In this document: piece by piece, positions 63,566 through 64,000 of the stretch
Layout of the letters: every line of letters begins with the position of its first letter
Position numbering within the stretch: the stretch's first letter is position 1
Assembly: GCF_009834535.1 (NCBI RefSeq)
Contig: NC_045697.1
Coordinates: 60,080,001-60,144,000 of the forward strand
Source of the DNA: Camelus ferus
Taxonomy: Eukaryota
Direction of reading: 5' to 3'
DNA length: 64,000 nt
Notes under the pieces: model-generated
Told to the model about the DNA's origin: nothing
The model's database searches: none
What the model saw: the letters and a program-made list of their open reading frames with translations, nothing else
Position numbers and translations under genes: made by a program

Positions 63566-64000
63566 TATCATTAGGTTACTTCAAGTTATTTTACATCTGG
63601 TAAATTAAGAGCCAAGAATCAAACCTTTGTTTTCTGGTTTGGTTCTAATGTTCCTTTTGTTACACCAGAGTTTCTTTTTTGAATTTTCTACTATAGGAAA
63701 GAATAGAAAAATATTTTTAAATATATTGATTTAATACCAATCTCAAATTATCCAAATAATCTTGAATAGAAGTGGTAAGGAAGTTCCATTAGATAGAACT
63801 AGACAAAATATAATTAGGGGTGTATTGATGTCAACACACAGGCACTCATTTAATTAAGAAGAAATGTATTTATTTGGTTAAAAATGAAACTCACTGTATT
63901 ATTAAATTTAACTTGATACATAGTTAACGGCTGGAATTAATTACTGCCTTAAGAATATTTCTCTCTTACACAAGTGGTCATGAAAATGAATGGTGATTTG

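Overview
AT-rich mammalian genomic DNA, most likely from a camelid. The evidence is a Vic-1-like tRNA-derived SINE with target-site duplication (TSD), camelid/cetartiodactyl-type L1 3' ends, and no Alu, BovB/Bov-A or PRE-1. No intact protein-coding gene is supported. Much of the window is decayed interspersed repeat (L1, L2, MIR, MaLR, ERVL, ERV1 LTRs, hAT MERs), often nested. The main non-repeat signal is a decayed multi-exon gene on the minus strand, which the ORF track misses because its exons carry many stops. A core of 15 exon-like segments (24015 down to 639, 3479 nt, about 1160 codons) joins with matching intron phases, and weaker candidate exons run up to about 43.3 kb. The repaired translation shows repeated RGS-domain-like patterns, suggesting a lost RGS22/RGSL1-like gene (inference by eye, no search run). 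A CpG-retaining TATA/splice-donor cluster at 47.6-48.4 kb looks like a plus-strand promoter or first-exon region. Repeat family names are recalled from memory and old-repeat boundaries are approximate.
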